64,000 bases of DNA from contig JAQGDQ010000003.1 in NCBI GenBank assembly GCA_030141605.1, positions 2,356,001 through 2,420,000 on the forward strand, in the 5' to 3' direction. Each line of letters opens with the position of its first letter. The first letter of the stretch is position 1. Position numbers and translations under genes: made by a program. The notes under the pieces were generated by a model. The model was not told the origin of the DNA. It searched no databases and saw only the letters and a program-made list of their open reading frames with translations. Shown here piece after piece: positions 63,834 to 64,000 of the stretch. Source of the DNA: Tubiluchus corallicola. Lineage: Eukaryota; Animalia; Priapulida.

Positions 63834-64000
63834 CTTTAAACAAAGAAAACCGGAAGCTTTTGTTAGGTTAGTCTTTTGTCCAATAAAACATCAATGTATG
63901 GAATACACGTTCAAAATTTAACTGTCGCAGCAAAGACCGCAAGAGATTTTTACCACCAGACTATCACTTGCTAAGCAAATTAGTTTTCTTTTGAAATAAG

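Overview
AT-rich, intron-rich animal (invertebrate-like) genomic DNA; no prokaryotic features. Five protein-coding genes are supported. (1) A complete peroxisomal multifunctional enzyme 2 (HSD17B4) on the minus strand whose 2.25-kb CDS has no introns. (2) A 10-exon RPAP3/Spag co-chaperone on the plus strand with a single TPR cluster. (3) A 23-exon OCRL/INPP5B inositol 5-phosphatase (936 aa as reconstructed by hand) on the plus strand; its frame only closes if three minor-spliceosome (U12) introns are used: two AT-AC (one 4.8 kb long) and one GT-AG. (4) An intronless class A GPCR nested antisense in OCRL intron 19. (5) The last exons of a minus-strand gene encoding an acidic tail with tandem ITIM-like tyrosine motifs. 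Introns and intergenic DNA hold many non-autonomous DNA transposons (pogo/Tc1-mariner, hAT, a TGT..ACA family with a 5-bp TSD, a Helitron-like element), two long foldback hairpins next to gene 3' ends, LINE fragments, and 60-bp and 62-bp tandem repeats. Exon boundaries were read by eye and homology calls come from remembered family motifs, not from database searches.
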